DNA from: Anaerohalosphaeraceae bacterium
GTDB lineage: Bacteria > Planctomycetota > Phycisphaerae > Sedimentisphaerales > Anaerohalosphaeraceae
Direction: 5' to 3'
DNA length: 64,000 nucleotides
NCBI GenBank assembly: GCA_050309605.1
Contig: JBNRMN010000034.1
Span: 160,001 to 224,000 of the forward strand
Within the stretch, counting starts at the first letter, position 1. Every line of letters starts with the position of its first letter. A model generated the notes under the pieces. The model made no database searches. It was given only the letters and a program-made list of their open reading frames with translations, and was not told the origin of the DNA. Positions 1-11,300 of the stretch are shown in pieces. A program made the translations under genes and the position numbers.

Positions 1-1077
1 GGTCAGTGTATTTATCGAAACGGCAAGTTCTATTTTTATGTTCCCCTGAAGATGAAAGTCGGCGGCAAAGCCATCGGCGTGGCGGTCTCAACCGATCCGA
101 CCGGGCCGTTCAAAGACGCTCTCGGACATCCCCTGGTGGGCGATGACGGCAGTTGGGGCGACATCGACCCGACGGTCTTTATCGATGACGACGGCCAGGC
201 GTACATGTATTGGGGCAATCCCTACCTGCGATACGTCAAATTGAACGAAGATATGATTTCGTATTCCGGCGATGTTGTCGATGTGCCGCTGACCCCGGAA
301 AGTTTCGGCGTCCGCAGCAAAGACGACCGGGCCACCCAGTACGAGGAAGGCCCCTGGCTGTATAAGCACAACGATTTGTACTATATGCTGTTTGCCGCCG
401 GGCCGATTCCGGAGCATATCGCCTATTCGACCGGCCCCAGCGCTACCGGCCCGTGGACGTTCGGGGGCGTCGTTATGCCCACCCAGGAGAAAGGCGCCTT
501 TACCAACCATCCGGGAGTGTGCAAATTCAAGGGCAACTGGTACTTCTTTTATCACAGCGCCGAGCTGTCAGGCGGCCAGGGGTTTCAGCGTTCGGTATGC
601 GTTGAACTGTTTGAGTACAATGAAGACGGGACAATCCCGACCATCATGATGACCAAAGAGGGCGCGCCGCAAATAGGGCATTTCGATCCTTACCGAACCG
701 TAAAAGCCGCAACGATTTGCTGGTCGTCGGGGGTCAAGACGGAACCGTGCAGCGAGGGCGGGATGAATGTCTGCAACATCGAAAACGGCGATTACATCAA
801 GGTCAAAGGGGTGGATTTCGGCAAAGGGGCTGCCTCTTTCGAGGCCAGGGTCGCCTCCGGCTCAGAAGGCGGCAACATTGAAATTCGCCTCGGCAGTCCG
901 ACCGGGAAACTGGCAGGCACCTGTGTCGTCCCTGGCACCGGCGGCTGGCAAGACTGGAAAACCGTTACCTGTACGGTTGACGGTATCGAAGGCGTACACG
1001 ACGTGTTTTATGTTTTCACCGGCGGCCAGGGCTTGCTGATGAACTTCAATTGGTGGAAATTTCATCCGGCCCAATAG
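1..1077 (+). CDS. GH43 beta-xylosidase/arabinofuranosidase with C-terminal CBM6 (5' end lies outside the window)
   Basis: The frame is open from base 1 (GQCIYRNGKFYFY...). GH43 motifs IDPTVFIDDDG, EGPW and TNHPG are present, with a CBM6 tail (IENGDYIKVKGVDFG...TGGWQDW...NFNWWKF). Confidence 0.9.
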   Translation, partial: GQCIYRNGKFYFYVPLKMKVGGKAIGVAVSTDPTGPFKDALGHPLVGDDGSWGDIDPTVFIDDDGQAYMYWGNPYLRYVKLNEDMISYSGDVVDVPLTPESFGVRSKDDRATQYEEGPWLYKHNDLYYMLFAAGPIPEHIAYSTGPSATGPWTFGGVVMPTQEKGAFTNHPGVCKFKGNWYFFYHSAELSGGQGFQRSVCVELFEYNEDGTIPTIMMTKEGAPQIGHFDPYRTVKAATICWSSGVKTEPCSEGGMNVCNIENGDYIKVKGVDFGKGAASFEARVASGSEGGNIEIRLGSPTGKLAGTCVVPGTGGWQDWKTVTCTVDGIEGVHDVFYVFTGGQGLLMNFNWWKFHPAQ

Positions 1078-1161
1078 GGCAACATGACCGAAAGCGGCCG
1101 GCGGCCGTAAAAATGGTGTAAATGATCTGTTTGACATTATAAAATTGAGAGGATAAACAAG

Positions 1162-2520
1162 ATGATGCGAAAAATGGTTACCAACATATCATTTCGATCA
1201 ACAGTGATGATGCTTGCCTGCACGGTATGCTATGCGGCGGATCCGATTATCCAGACGAGCTTTACGGCCGATCCGGCCCCTCTGGTGCATGACGGCGTCG
1301 TCTATCTTTACACCGGCCATGACGATGACAACGCCCCTCCCGGCCAGAGTCGATTCCTCATGCGTGACTGGCTATGCTACTCGTCCACGGATATGGTGAA
1401 CTGGACGGACCATGGAACGTTCGCCTCCCTCAAGACGTTTCCGTGGGCGGTGCAGGAAAACGACGCATGGGCCTCTCATGTCATCGAACGCAATGGAAAA
1501 TTCTACTTTTATGCCTCCGTTAGCGTGCCCGGTTGGCCCAAGAATGTGATCGCCGTCGCGGTGGCCGATCATCCGCTGGGGCCTTTCAAGGACGCGCTTG
1601 GCCACCCCCTTATCGACAAGAAAACCGGATACATCGATCCAGCAGCATTCATCGACGACGACGGTCAAGCCTACCTCTATTGGGGCAACCCACATCTTTG
1701 GTACGTCAAGCTCAATGAGGACATGATTTCCTACTCCGGCGACATTATGCAGGATCCCACGAGGCCGGACAACTACCAAGAAGGCCCTTGGGTGTTCAAA
1801 CGCGACGGCTGGTACTACTTGGTTTATGCGTCCACCTGCTGCCCGGAAGGCATTGGGTACGCCATGAGCGACAGCCCAACCGGCCCCTGGGACTACAAGG
1901 GCTATATCATGCGGCCGGACAGACGATCCACCGGCAATCATCCGGGCGTCATCGAGTATAAAGGCAAATGGTACGTGTTCGGGTTCAATTTCAAATTGAA
2001 CTTTGCCCTGACGGATCAACACCACGAACGGCGCTCGGTCTGCGTGGCGGAAATGAAATTCAACCCGGACGGCACGATTCAACAGCTTCCGTGGTGGGAA
2101 GAGGCCGACAGCGTAACCCAGATCGGCACGCTTAATCCTTATGTCCGCACCGAAGCGGAGACAATAAACTGGAGTTCGGGTGTCAAAACAGAACCCTGCA
2201 GCGAAGGCGGGATGAATGTTTGCAATATCGAGAACGGTGATTATATTCGGGTCAAAGGGGTGGATTTTGGCAAAGGGGCTGCCTCTTTCGAGGCCCGGGT
2301 CGCCTCCGGCTCTGAAGGCGGACATATTGAAATTCGCCTCGGCAGTCCGACCGGAAAACTGGCAGGCACCTGTGTCGTCCCCGGAACCGGCGGCTGGCAA
2401 GACTGGAAAACCGTTTCCTGTGCGGTTGACGGTGCCGAAGGCGTGCACGACGTGTTTTATGTTTTCACCGGCGGCGAGGGCTTGCTGATGAACTTCGATT
2501 GGTGGAAATTTCATCAATGA
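1162..2520 (+). CDS. Secreted GH43 glycosidase with C-terminal CBM6
   Basis: Signal-peptide-like N-terminus; TADPAPLVHDG, WASHV, IDPAAFIDDDG and EGPW motifs; CBM6 tail. Confidence 0.9.
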   Translation: MMRKMVTNISFRSTVMMLACTVCYAADPIIQTSFTADPAPLVHDGVVYLYTGHDDDNAPPGQSRFLMRDWLCYSSTDMVNWTDHGTFASLKTFPWAVQENDAWASHVIERNGKFYFYASVSVPGWPKNVIAVAVADHPLGPFKDALGHPLIDKKTGYIDPAAFIDDDGQAYLYWGNPHLWYVKLNEDMISYSGDIMQDPTRPDNYQEGPWVFKRDGWYYLVYASTCCPEGIGYAMSDSPTGPWDYKGYIMRPDRRSTGNHPGVIEYKGKWYVFGFNFKLNFALTDQHHERRSVCVAEMKFNPDGTIQQLPWWEEADSVTQIGTLNPYVRTEAETINWSSGVKTEPCSEGGMNVCNIENGDYIRVKGVDFGKGAASFEARVASGSEGGHIEIRLGSPTGKLAGTCVVPGTGGWQDWKTVSCAVDGAEGVHDVFYVFTGGEGLLMNFDWWKFHQ

Positions 2521-2533
2521 TTATCAGTTTTGT

Positions 2534-2640
2534 ATGATGGGCTTTAGCCCATCATGAATACCGAATGGGTTGCAGTTTATTGTGGGCGAAACGGCCAAAG
2601 GACGTAAGAGGTGAGGTAATTGGTGGGCATGGCCCACCCT
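2534..2640. repeat. Two REP-like short palindromes
   Basis: ATGATGGGCT-TT-AGCCCATCAT at 2534-2555 and GGTGGGC-ATG-GCCCACC at about 2622-2638. Confidence 0.55.
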
Positions 2641-2664
2641 GCGCTGGTTGAGGAGCAACAGCTA

Positions 2665-3099
2665 ATGAAAGAGCTTGAGAAGAGAAATAGGTTGCATTGG
2701 ATAATCATTATCTCAATGGCTAATGCCGGAATTCTCGGCTTGTTTTTGACTAGGGTTTTTAGCTGGGTATTCAGTGTTGAGCTGCAAGATAACCTTATTC
2801 TTTTCATCTTCATGATCGCATCGATGGCGCTGTTTTTAGGTGGGTTGATGTTTTTTCTTCCGGTGCAGGTGCTCTATTTCGAACGAAAAGCAAGACGCAA
2901 TAAGCCGCTCATGAAAATGTCGGGCGGCGATCTTGTCGGTTTGCCCTTTGGGGCATACAATCCCGAGGCGGAAGTACCGAAATGGATCTCCATTCCAGTA
3001 AAACTTCTGTTGTGGCTTCTTGTCGGGATTATTGCATTGATGTTAATCGGGGCGGCACTTTCCTTTGTACTTATGTTATTCTTGCCGGAACAAGCCTGA
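2665..3099 (+). CDS. Hypothetical membrane protein
   Basis: GAGGAG upstream of ATG 2665; three hydrophobic segments; no recognised family. Confidence 0.6.
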   Translation: MKELEKRNRLHWIIIISMANAGILGLFLTRVFSWVFSVELQDNLILFIFMIASMALFLGGLMFFLPVQVLYFERKARRNKPLMKMSGGDLVGLPFGAYNPEAEVPKWISIPVKLLLWLLVGIIALMLIGAALSFVLMLFLPEQA

Positions 3100-3365
3100 G
3101 AATAAAATGGTTGTGGCCCTGCGGCGACAAAAACACACATCCTGTTTAATCCTGTTCATCCTGTCTGAAAAACCGCTAATTCCGTCAAAAAATCAAAACG
3201 TTCTTGCCAAATACCCGTGCTTCGGTTAGAGTTACGCAAATTTTGTGCATACGAGGAAAGCGGGTGCGTTAACAGCGTCCAAAAGCATAAGCAATGGCTT
3301 ATGCGAATCAGAAGACGGGCCGATTTTGCGGCTAAAGAATCCAGCAATAAGCAGGGACAGAGCAG

Positions 3366-6300
3366 ATGCCGAAGCGTAAGGACATAAAAAAGATACTTAT
3401 TGTCGGCTCCGGGCCGATCGTGATCGGTCAGGGGTGCGAGTTTGACTATTCCGGTGCGCAGGCGTGTAAGGCACTGAAGCGCGAGGGATACAGGGTCGTG
3501 CTGGTCAACAGCAACCCGGCCACGATTATGACCGACCCTGAGCTGGCGGATCGGACGTATATTGAGCCGATCACGCCGGAGAGTGTGGAGCAAATTATCA
3601 AAAAAGAGCGGCCGGACAGCCTGCTGCCGACACTGGGCGGCCAGACGGGGCTGAACACCGCCGTCGCGCTGGCCGAGGGCGGCGTGCTGAAAAAATACAA
3701 CGTCCGCCTGCTGGGGGCGAATCTGCAATCCATCAAGCGGGCTGAGGAACGGGATCGCTTCAAAAAGATCATTACCGACATCGGCCTGGAAGTCCCGCAA
3801 AGCGGCTATGCCCACGATATGAAGGAAGCCCGAAAAATCATCGAACGCATTGGTTTTCCGGTCATTATTCGACCGTCTTACACACTCGGCGGTATGGGCG
3901 GTAATGTCGCCTATAATACGGAAGAATATGAAAAATATGTACAATGGGGGTTGTCGCTCAGCCCCAAAAACCAAATTCTGATTGAAGAATCGGTCGTCGG
4001 CTGGAAGGAATACGAACTGGAGGTGATGCGCGACCGCAGCGATAATGTCGTCATCGTCTGTTCCATTGAGAACATTGATCCGATGGGCATCCACACCGGC
4101 GACAGCATCACCGTTGCCCCGGCCCAGACGCTGACGGACAAAGAATATCAGATGATGCGCGACGCATCGCTGAAGATTATTCGCGCCATCGGTGTCGAAA
4201 CGGGCGGCTCAAACATCCAGTTCGCCGTCAATCCCGCCAACGGCAAGATGTATGTCATCGAGATGAACCCGCGCGTGTCGCGCAGTTCGGCGCTGGCATC
4301 CAAGGCCACCGGCTTTCCCATCGCCAAGATCGCCTCGCTGCTGGCGGTCGGCTATACGCTTGATGAAATCGCCAATGACATCACGCAAAAAACCCCGGTC
4401 TGTTTTGAGCCGACAATTGACTATGTCGTGACCAAGTGGCCGCGGTTTACATTTGAAAAATTCCCTCAGACCAGCCCGGAACTGACCGTGCAGATGAAAT
4501 CCGTCGGCGAAGCAATGGCTATCGGTCGGACGTTTCGCGAATCACTGCAAAAGGCGATTCGGTCGCTGGAAATCGACCGCTATTCGCTGGATGGGCGGCA
4601 CATCAAAGCCGATTTGAGCACGGCACAGATCAAAGAACGGCTGCGCAAAAATGGCTGGGACAAACTCTGGATCGTCGCCGAGGCCTATCGGCGGAAATTG
4701 ACCACCGAACAGATTCACGAATTGACCCGGATTGATCCGTGGTTCCTTGAACACATCCATCAGATTGTATTGATGGAACGCCGGCTCAAGACCACACCGC
4801 TTGAGAAAATGACTCCGGCGTTGACCCGGCAGCTCAAGGAAAACGGCTTTAGCGACCACTACATCGCCGGGCAGGTTGGTGTTTCCGAAATGCAGTTTCG
4901 CCGACACCGCCAACAGCAGGGCGTTACCTCGGTTTACAAGCGGGTCGATACCTGCGGCGCGGAGTTTGAGGCGTCCACGCCGTATCTGTATTCGAGTTAT
5001 GAACAGGAATGCGAGGCCGAGCCGACGAGGCAGCGCAAAATAATGATTCTCGGCGGCGGGCCGAATCGTATCGGACAGGGTATTGAGTTCGATTACTGCT
5101 GCTGCCATGCGGCCTTCGCCCTGCGCGAAATCGGTATCGAGTCGATTATGGTCAACTGCAATCCGGAAACGGTCAGTACGGATTATGACACATCCGACCG
5201 GCTGTACTTCGAGCCGCTGACGTTTGAAGAGGTAATGGATATTGTCGAGACCGAAAAACCGGACGGCGTGATTGTTCAGTTCGGCGGACAAACCCCGCTG
5301 AAGCTTTCGTGGGCGCTGCATGCGGCCGGCGTGCCCATCATCGGCACCTCGCCGGACAGCATCGACCGGGCCGAAGACCGCAAGCGATTTAATCAATTGG
5401 CCAAAAAGCTCAAGCTCAAACAGCCGTTCAGCGGAACGGCCCGAACCTTTGAAGAAACGCTCAAGGTTGCCAAACGCCTCGGCTATCCGCTGCTGATTCG
5501 TCCTTCCTTCGTGCTGGGAGGACGGGCGATGGATATTGTCTATAATGAAACCAGCCTGCGCGAATCGGTTCAGGAAGCGCTGGAGGCGTCCGGCGAGCAT
5601 CCGATATTGATTGACAAGTTTCTTGACGATGCAACCGAACTGGACGTTGATGCAATCTGCGACGGCAAGACCGTCGTCATCGGCGGGATTATGGAACACA
5701 TCGAAGAGGCCGGCGTGCATTCCGGCGACAGCGCCTGTTCACTGCCGCCGATGTCGCTGCCTCGGAAGATCATCGACGAGGTCAAACGCCAAACGCGGCT
5801 GTTGGCGCTGGAACTGAATGTCAAAGGATTGATCAATATCCAGTTTGCCGTCAAAGATGAAGATGTTTATATCCTGGAAGTCAACCCTCGTGCCTCGCGG
5901 ACAATTCCCTTCGTGAGCAAGGCCATCGGCGTGCCGCTGGCCAAGCTGGCGGCCAAGATTATGGTCGGTATGACGCTGGATGAACTGGGCTTTACCGAAG
6001 AAGTTCAGCGGCCTTATTATGCCGTTAAAGAAGCGGTTTTTCCGTTCCTGAAATTCTCCGGCGCCGATATTATTCTCGGCCCGGAAATGCTCTCGACCGG
6101 CGAGGTGATGGGGCTAAGCGGCGATTTCGGGACGGCCTTTGCCAAATCGCAAATCGCCGCCGGCAACACCCTGCCGCTGCGGGGGACGGTCTTTATCAGC
6201 GTGCGCGACCAGGACAAGCCCCGAGCCATGCTGGTGGCCAAAACACTGCACGAGCTGGGCTTCAAGATCCTGGCCACCGCCGGCACCTGTATTGAGTTAA

Positions 6301-6575
6301 TCAAACACAATGTGCCCTCGGAATTTGTCCGCAAAGTGGCCGAAGGACGCCCGAACATCGTGGATATGATGATCAACGGTCAAGTCGATATGATTATCAA
6401 CACCACAGTCGGCGAACAAACGATTAAAGATTCATTTGTGATTCGCCGAACCGCGCTGGATCGACAGATTCCTTACGCGACGACCATTCGCGGCGCCGCG
6501 GCGATGACCCAGGCTATCGAAGCGTTGCAGAAAAAGTCCATCCATGTCAAAGCGATTCAGTTATATTACAAGTAA
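3366..6575 (+). CDS. carB: Carbamoyl-phosphate synthase large subunit
   Basis: [30 protein letters not shown]; duplicated ATP-grasp halves; C-terminal MGS domain. Confidence 0.98.
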   Translation: MPKRKDIKKILIVGSGPIVIGQGCEFDYSGAQACKALKREGYRVVLVNSNPATIMTDPELADRTYIEPITPESVEQIIKKERPDSLLPTLGGQTGLNTAVALAEGGVLKKYNVRLLGANLQSIKRAEERDRFKKIITDIGLEVPQSGYAHDMKEARKIIERIGFPVIIRPSYTLGGMGGNVAYNTEEYEKYVQWGLSLSPKNQILIEESVVGWKEYELEVMRDRSDNVVIVCSIENIDPMGIHTGDSITVAPAQTLTDKEYQMMRDASLKIIRAIGVETGGSNIQFAVNPANGKMYVIEMNPRVSRSSALASKATGFPIAKIASLLAVGYTLDEIANDITQKTPVCFEPTIDYVVTKWPRFTFEKFPQTSPELTVQMKSVGEAMAIGRTFRESLQKAIRSLEIDRYSLDGRHIKADLSTAQIKERLRKNGWDKLWIVAEAYRRKLTTEQIHELTRIDPWFLEHIHQIVLMERRLKTTPLEKMTPALTRQLKENGFSDHYIAGQVGVSEMQFRRHRQQQGVTSVYKRVDTCGAEFEASTPYLYSSYEQECEAEPTRQRKIMILGGGPNRIGQGIEFDYCCCHAAFALREIGIESIMVNCNPETVSTDYDTSDRLYFEPLTFEEVMDIVETEKPDGVIVQFGGQTPLKLSWALHAAGVPIIGTSPDSIDRAEDRKRFNQLAKKLKLKQPFSGTARTFEETLKVAKRLGYPLLIRPSFVLGGRAMDIVYNETSLRESVQEALEASGEHPILIDKFLDDATELDVDAICDGKTVVIGGIMEHIEEAGVHSGDSACSLPPMSLPRKIIDEVKRQTRLLALELNVKGLINIQFAVKDEDVYILEVNPRASRTIPFVSKAIGVPLAKLAAKIMVGMTLDELGFTEEVQRPYYAVKEAVFPFLKFSGADIILGPEMLSTGEVMGLSGDFGTAFAKSQIAAGNTLPLRGTVFISVRDQDKPRAMLVAKTLHELGFKILATAGTCIELIKHNVPSEFVRKVAEGRPNIVDMMINGQVDMIINTTVGEQTIKDSFVIRRTALDRQIPYATTIRGAAAMTQAIEALQKKSIHVKAIQLYYK

Positions 6576-6587
6576 AACAGTAAACAA

Positions 6588-6634
6588 AGCCCTGAAAGGG
6601 CGAAAGGGTTGCATCGTGTCGCCCCTGCGGGGCT
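6588..6634. repeat. Inverted pair of REP-like hairpins between carB and carA
   Basis: AGCCCTGAAAGGGCGA (6588-6603) and TCGCCCCTGCGGGGCT (6619-6634) are near reverse complements of each other. Confidence 0.6.
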
Positions 6635-6689
6635 GGCCGCTTTGACGTGCGGACATTTTACGAAAAGGTAGATCAGACAGAGGATATAA

Positions 6690-7808
6690 ATGAAAGCGGT
6701 ATTATTACTCGAAGACGGAACCGTGTTTGAGGGAATCTCCTTTGGCGCTGAGGGGATTCGATGCGGCGAGGTGGTATTCAATACCTCCATGTCAGGTTAT
6801 CAGGAAATTCTGACCGATCCGTCATATCATGAACAAATTATTACGATGACCTATCCGATGATTGGCAACACCGGCAGCAATCCGCTGGACTGGGAGTCGC
6901 GACAGGTTTTTTCAGCCGGTTTTATTGTCAAGGAACATTGTCCGTTTCCCAGCAATTGGCGAAACACACAGTCGTTTAGCGACATGCTCAAAGAAAACGA
7001 TGTGGTCGGGCTTGAAGGCATCGATACCCGAAAGCTTGTGCGGCACATTCGCACGCAGGGGGCGATGCGGGGGGTTCTCTCCTCGGCTGAAACCAAAATC
7101 TCCGCCCTTCAGAAGCAACTGGATGCCTACCCCGGACTGGTCGGACGCGATATTGTCCAATCGGTTTCTTCAAAAAAACCTTATCTTTGGGATAAGGGCG
7201 TCGTGGACGTCCTGACCAATTCGGAGCTGCGCCCCGAGACCCGATTCAAGGTCATCGCAATTGATTACGGTATGAAAACCAATATCCTTCGTCTGCTTCG
7301 CTCGCACGGATGCGCCGTTGAGGTGGTTCCAGCCACAACCTCGGCCGCGGACATCCTCCGGAAAAAACCCGACGGCGTTTTTCTAAGCAACGGCCCCGGC
7401 GATCCGGCGGCGGTCTTGTATGCCATTGAAACCGTGCGGCAGTTACTGGGCAAGGTACCGATTTTCGGGATCTGCCTGGGGCATCAACTGTTGGCGCTGG
7501 CCCTGGGCGGCCGTACCTACAAGCTGAAGTTCGGCCATCGCGGGGCCAACCATCCGGTCAAAAATCTGGACACCGGCCAAATCGAAATCACCAGCCAAAA
7601 CCACGGGTTTTGTGTGGATATGGACTCGCTCAAGGGTCAGGATGTGGAATTAACCCACCTGAATCTCAATGACAATACCGTCGAAGGCATCCGCAGCCGC
7701 AATCGGATGGCCTATTCGGTGCAGTACCACCCCGAAGCCTCGCCCGGCCCGCATGACGCGCGCTACCTGTTCGCCCAATTTACCGACTGGATGGCCGGCA
7801 AGGGATAA
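6690..7808 (+). CDS. carA: Carbamoyl-phosphate synthase small subunit
   Basis: GEVVFNTSMSGYQE, SNGPGDP, GICLGHQ and QYHPEASPGP motifs. Confidence 0.98.
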   Translation: MKAVLLLEDGTVFEGISFGAEGIRCGEVVFNTSMSGYQEILTDPSYHEQIITMTYPMIGNTGSNPLDWESRQVFSAGFIVKEHCPFPSNWRNTQSFSDMLKENDVVGLEGIDTRKLVRHIRTQGAMRGVLSSAETKISALQKQLDAYPGLVGRDIVQSVSSKKPYLWDKGVVDVLTNSELRPETRFKVIAIDYGMKTNILRLLRSHGCAVEVVPATTSAADILRKKPDGVFLSNGPGDPAAVLYAIETVRQLLGKVPIFGICLGHQLLALALGGRTYKLKFGHRGANHPVKNLDTGQIEITSQNHGFCVDMDSLKGQDVELTHLNLNDNTVEGIRSRNRMAYSVQYHPEASPGPHDARYLFAQFTDWMAGKG

Positions 7809-7835
7809 TCTCTGCCATCGGCGGCTTGTTTTTGT

Positions 7836-7863
7836 TTGACAGCGGATTCATTGGGCTTATAAT
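7836..7863 (+). promoter_or_regulatory. Sigma70-type promoter upstream of the HEAT-repeat gene and atp operon
   Basis: Exact TTGACA-N16-TATAAT. Confidence 0.7.
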
Positions 7864-7970
7864 GGGGAAATCTTTTGTGGATAATGGGCGGTTGGTTTTT
7901 TAAGTGCTGAATTATAGATAAGTTATGAATATCGGGGGGACATATGGACTTATTGTTTTGGAGAGTGTCG

Positions 7971-9740
7971 ATGCGGAATAAAAGAGTTTTGACGTGGGTG
8001 GGGTTATTGGTTTTGTCGGCGGCGGGACAGGTTGTTGCCCAAAGTCTGGAAGAGGACTGGGGGTCTTTTCTGCATTATACTGCCATCGGACGCTTCGAAC
8101 TGGCCAAAGGGTACGGCCAGCGCATTGTGGCTCAGGATCCGGACCCGACGGCACTGCTGGATTTGGCCGAGGCCAATGAGCAAGGCTATCGGCTGCTGTT
8201 GAAAATGCATGCCGACAGTGACGTTTTACGCGACGTCAGCGGACAGATCCTCGATATCATTGAGCAGGGGCGGTATATTCGTCGCACCGATCCGAGAATC
8301 ATCAATCAGGAAATTCGACGTCTGAGTACCACCATCCGAGGACGCATCGCAGCCGAAGAACGCCTGCGCAATGCCGGCGAATACGCGATTCCGTTTATGC
8401 TCTCGGCGATGGCCGATGAATCGCGAAAGAACGAATTTGCGTTTATTACCGATGCGCTGCCGAAAATCGGCCGCTCGGCGATTCGTCCGCTGACGGCCGC
8501 CCTTCAAATGGACAATGTCGCGGTCAGGGCCGAGGTCATCCGTGCCTTGGGCAAGATCGGGACTATGGAACCGCTGCCGTACCTGAAATTGATTGTCGAG
8601 CAGGATGTTTCCGAATCCTGTCGAGCACTGGCAACCAGCGCAATTGAACAAATTGACAGCGCTGCGATGAAGATTCCGGCTGCGGAACTGTTTTTCCGTT
8701 TAGGGCAGGCCTACTATAACCGCCACGATGTGCTGGCGCCGCCTGCCGAATACGATTTTGCCAATATCTGGTTTTGGGATGCGGATCGACAGGCGCTGAT
8801 TCGCGAAGAAGTCAGCAAAGCCTATTTCAACGAGTTGATGGCGATGCGCTGCTGCGAATGGACGTTGAAGGCCGATGCCGGCATGGGCAAGGCCATTGGC
8901 TTGTGGATTGCCGCGTTTTTCCGGGCCGAATCGGCGAATATCCCGATGCCGGAATACTTTGGCCCTGGACATGCCGACGCTCATACCTATGCCGTTACGG
9001 CCGGACCGGAATACCTGCACCAGGCGCTGGAACGGGCGTTGAAGAACAACGAGGCGTATGTCGCTTTGGGTGTGGTCGAGGCGCTGGCGATCAATGCGGG
9101 CGAAAAATCGCTGTTGTATCGCGTCGGTGCGTCTCAGCCGCTGGCCGAGGCGCTGAGTTTTGACGATCGCAAGGTGCGGTACAGCGCCGCCATTGCATTC
9201 GCCGAGGCCGGGCCGGTGTCCTCATTTGTGGGCAGCGAGTTGATCGTTGAGCATCTGGCGGCGGCGCTGCTCGAGCAAGGCGCAGATGAACTCGGCGAGG
9301 AATTGGCACGCGAATATGCCAAGCGTTCCGTGGAGGCGATGTATAAGCTGGCGTTGTCGCGCAACCAGATCGTTGATTTATCGCTGGCCCAGCCGGCATT
9401 GATTACCATCACCGGTCGGGAAGAACCGTCGATGCAGACGGCTGCCGGACAGGTGCTGGCGTATTTGTCCAGTCCCGAGGCGCAGCGAGCGCTTGCCGAT
9501 ATGGCATTGAACGCGCAAAACATCAAAGACGTGCGGCTGTCGGCGTTTTCATCGTTGGCGCTGTCTGCCAAATTGAACGCCAATCTGCTGTTGAGCGAAC
9601 ATATCGACGCTCTGTATGAGCTGATCAGTTCAACGGAAACGGATCCGCAGCTGCGAGCCGGCGCCGCCGGCGCTTTTGGGGCGTTGAATCTGCCCAGCGA
9701 ACGGGCCAAAACCCTGATTCTCGATCAGGCGCGATCATAG
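7971..9740 (+). CDS. Exported HEAT-repeat protein
   Basis: GGAG before ATG 7971; signal peptide ending VVAQ; HEAT-like units (VRAEVIRALGKIG, VRYSAAIAF, LRAGAAGAFG). Confidence 0.75.
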   Translation: MRNKRVLTWVGLLVLSAAGQVVAQSLEEDWGSFLHYTAIGRFELAKGYGQRIVAQDPDPTALLDLAEANEQGYRLLLKMHADSDVLRDVSGQILDIIEQGRYIRRTDPRIINQEIRRLSTTIRGRIAAEERLRNAGEYAIPFMLSAMADESRKNEFAFITDALPKIGRSAIRPLTAALQMDNVAVRAEVIRALGKIGTMEPLPYLKLIVEQDVSESCRALATSAIEQIDSAAMKIPAAELFFRLGQAYYNRHDVLAPPAEYDFANIWFWDADRQALIREEVSKAYFNELMAMRCCEWTLKADAGMGKAIGLWIAAFFRAESANIPMPEYFGPGHADAHTYAVTAGPEYLHQALERALKNNEAYVALGVVEALAINAGEKSLLYRVGASQPLAEALSFDDRKVRYSAAIAFAEAGPVSSFVGSELIVEHLAAALLEQGADELGEELAREYAKRSVEAMYKLALSRNQIVDLSLAQPALITITGREEPSMQTAAGQVLAYLSSPEAQRALADMALNAQNIKDVRLSAFSSLALSAKLNANLLLSEHIDALYELISSTETDPQLRAGAAGAFGALNLPSERAKTLILDQARS

Positions 9741-9774
9741 TCAATTGTAAATCAAAGCCGCGGAAAGACGGTCG

Positions 9775-10056
9775 ATGTCCGTGAGCAAAAAAAAGCGATT
9801 TGCTGATAATGCGTACTATCGCGGCGCCTTTCGCTGGATGGGGGTGGGCATCGAGTTTTGTCTGGTTATCGGGCTGTTCTGTTTGATTGGCTATGGTCTG
9901 GATCGATGGGAAGGAACCGCTCCGGGGTGGATGCTGATTGGATTTTTTGTCGGTTTTGCCGTTATGCTTTATATCATCATCCGGCGCGCCAGAATCACGC
10001 AGGACGAGATGAATGCTGACGATGAAGACGCCGAACGGCGGGAAAATTCGAAATAA
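9775..10056 (+). CDS. AtpZ/AtpI family protein
   Basis: Two TM helices around GYGLDRW; first gene of the atp block. Confidence 0.8.
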   Translation: MSVSKKKRFADNAYYRGAFRWMGVGIEFCLVIGLFCLIGYGLDRWEGTAPGWMLIGFFVGFAVMLYIIIRRARITQDEMNADDEDAERRENSK

Positions 10057-10090
10057 TCGAAACGACAATACGTGGCGGCCTCCTTTTTTT

Positions 10091-10528
10091 ATGCGCTTTC
10101 CGTGGGGACGGGTTGCCGCCGGTCTGGTCGGGCTGTATCTGGCGTGTATGTTCGTCTATCGGATTAGCCACATTGGCGGGCAAAGCGTCTCACGGGCGTG
10201 TTTTGCAGCGATGTTCACCGCGCTGGCCGCAGGGACGTTAAGCGTCTGTCCGATTGCCAAATGCTGGGGACATACCCAGTGGCGCATCCTGCTGGGATTT
10301 TTTTTGGGTTTTTTAATTCGCCTCTTGATTATCAGTATAGGGGTAATTATAATAACTTTTTTTATTGACATTAACAGGATTTCATTTATCTTGTTTCTGA
10401 AATTATATTACTTTTTCTTTCTTGTCGGCGATGTCTGGCTGGCGACGTGGATGATTCGGCACAGCGAAACGTCGGGGAAGAAAGGGTCTTTGAATGGGAA
10501 TATATGGGATATTGTTGAGCAGCTTTGA
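10091..10528 (+). CDS. ATP synthase I-like membrane protein (start uncertain)
   Basis: About four TM segments; located directly before atpB. Confidence 0.55.
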   Translation: MRFPWGRVAAGLVGLYLACMFVYRISHIGGQSVSRACFAAMFTALAAGTLSVCPIAKCWGHTQWRILLGFFLGFLIRLLIISIGVIIITFFIDINRISFILFLKLYYFFFLVGDVWLATWMIRHSETSGKKGSLNGNIWDIVEQL

Positions 10529-11300
10529 TCCGCTGCAAGAAGTGTCCAGCAAGACGCTTTTTGTCCTGCGTCTGGGTTTGCTGCAGATTCCCTTTACCAA
10601 CCATATGCTGATTGTGACCCTGACGGCACTGCTTTTGATGCTTCTGATTCCGCTGTCCATTCGCCGTGATGTTCGTATTCCTCGTGGATTTCACAGTCTG
10701 ATTGAAACCATTTGTGTTTTTTTGCGGGAGGATGTGGCCCGCCCTTTTTTGAAAGATTATACCGATCGCTATATCGGGGTCTTATGGTCGTTGTTTTTCT
10801 TTATTCTCGGCCTGAACCTGATGGGTCTTGTGCCGTTGGATAAGTTTGTCTGGCTGGCAACACACATCGAGCACAATAACATCGTCGGTGCACCGACAAG
10901 CAATATCTGGATAACGGGTGCTTTGGCCGCCTTTGCGTTTATACTGTTTCATCTGGCCGGCATTCGAAAAAAAGGACTGGGCCGTTATCTGGCGACGTTA
11001 TCGCCGAAAGTACCGTGGCCGCTGATGCCGTTTATGTTTATTATGGAGCTGCTCAGTTCGTTTGTACGGCTTTTTTCGCTGGCGATTCGTTTGTTTGCCA
11101 ATATCCTGGCCGGGCACATCCTGCTGGGGGTATTGCTGGGGTTTATCGTGATGTTCAAGACATTTATGGTCGCCGGTGCGTCGATTGTGGCAACCACATT
11201 GATGAGCTTGCTGGAGATTTTTGTAGCGTTTTTGCAGGCGTATATCTTTACGTTTTTGACGACCATCTTTATCGGATTTGCCATCAGCGACGATCATTAA
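10494..11300 (+). CDS. atpB: ATP synthase Fo subunit a
   Basis: SLAIRLFANILAGH and LQAYIFTFL motifs. Confidence 0.95.
   Translation: MGIYGILLSSFDPLQEVSSKTLFVLRLGLLQIPFTNHMLIVTLTALLLMLLIPLSIRRDVRIPRGFHSLIETICVFLREDVARPFLKDYTDRYIGVLWSLFFFILGLNLMGLVPLDKFVWLATHIEHNNIVGAPTSNIWITGALAAFAFILFHLAGIRKKGLGRYLATLSPKVPWPLMPFMFIMELLSSFVRLFSLAIRLFANILAGHILLGVLLGFIVMFKTFMVAGASIVATTLMSLLEIFVAFLQAYIFTFLTTIFIGFAISDDH

Noticed and set aside
3156..5720. Long antisense ORFs over carB (312 and 392 aa), and similar ones over GH43, atpA, purH and wzc
   Set aside because: Shadow frames of GC-rich, clearly identified genes; they carry no motifs of their own.
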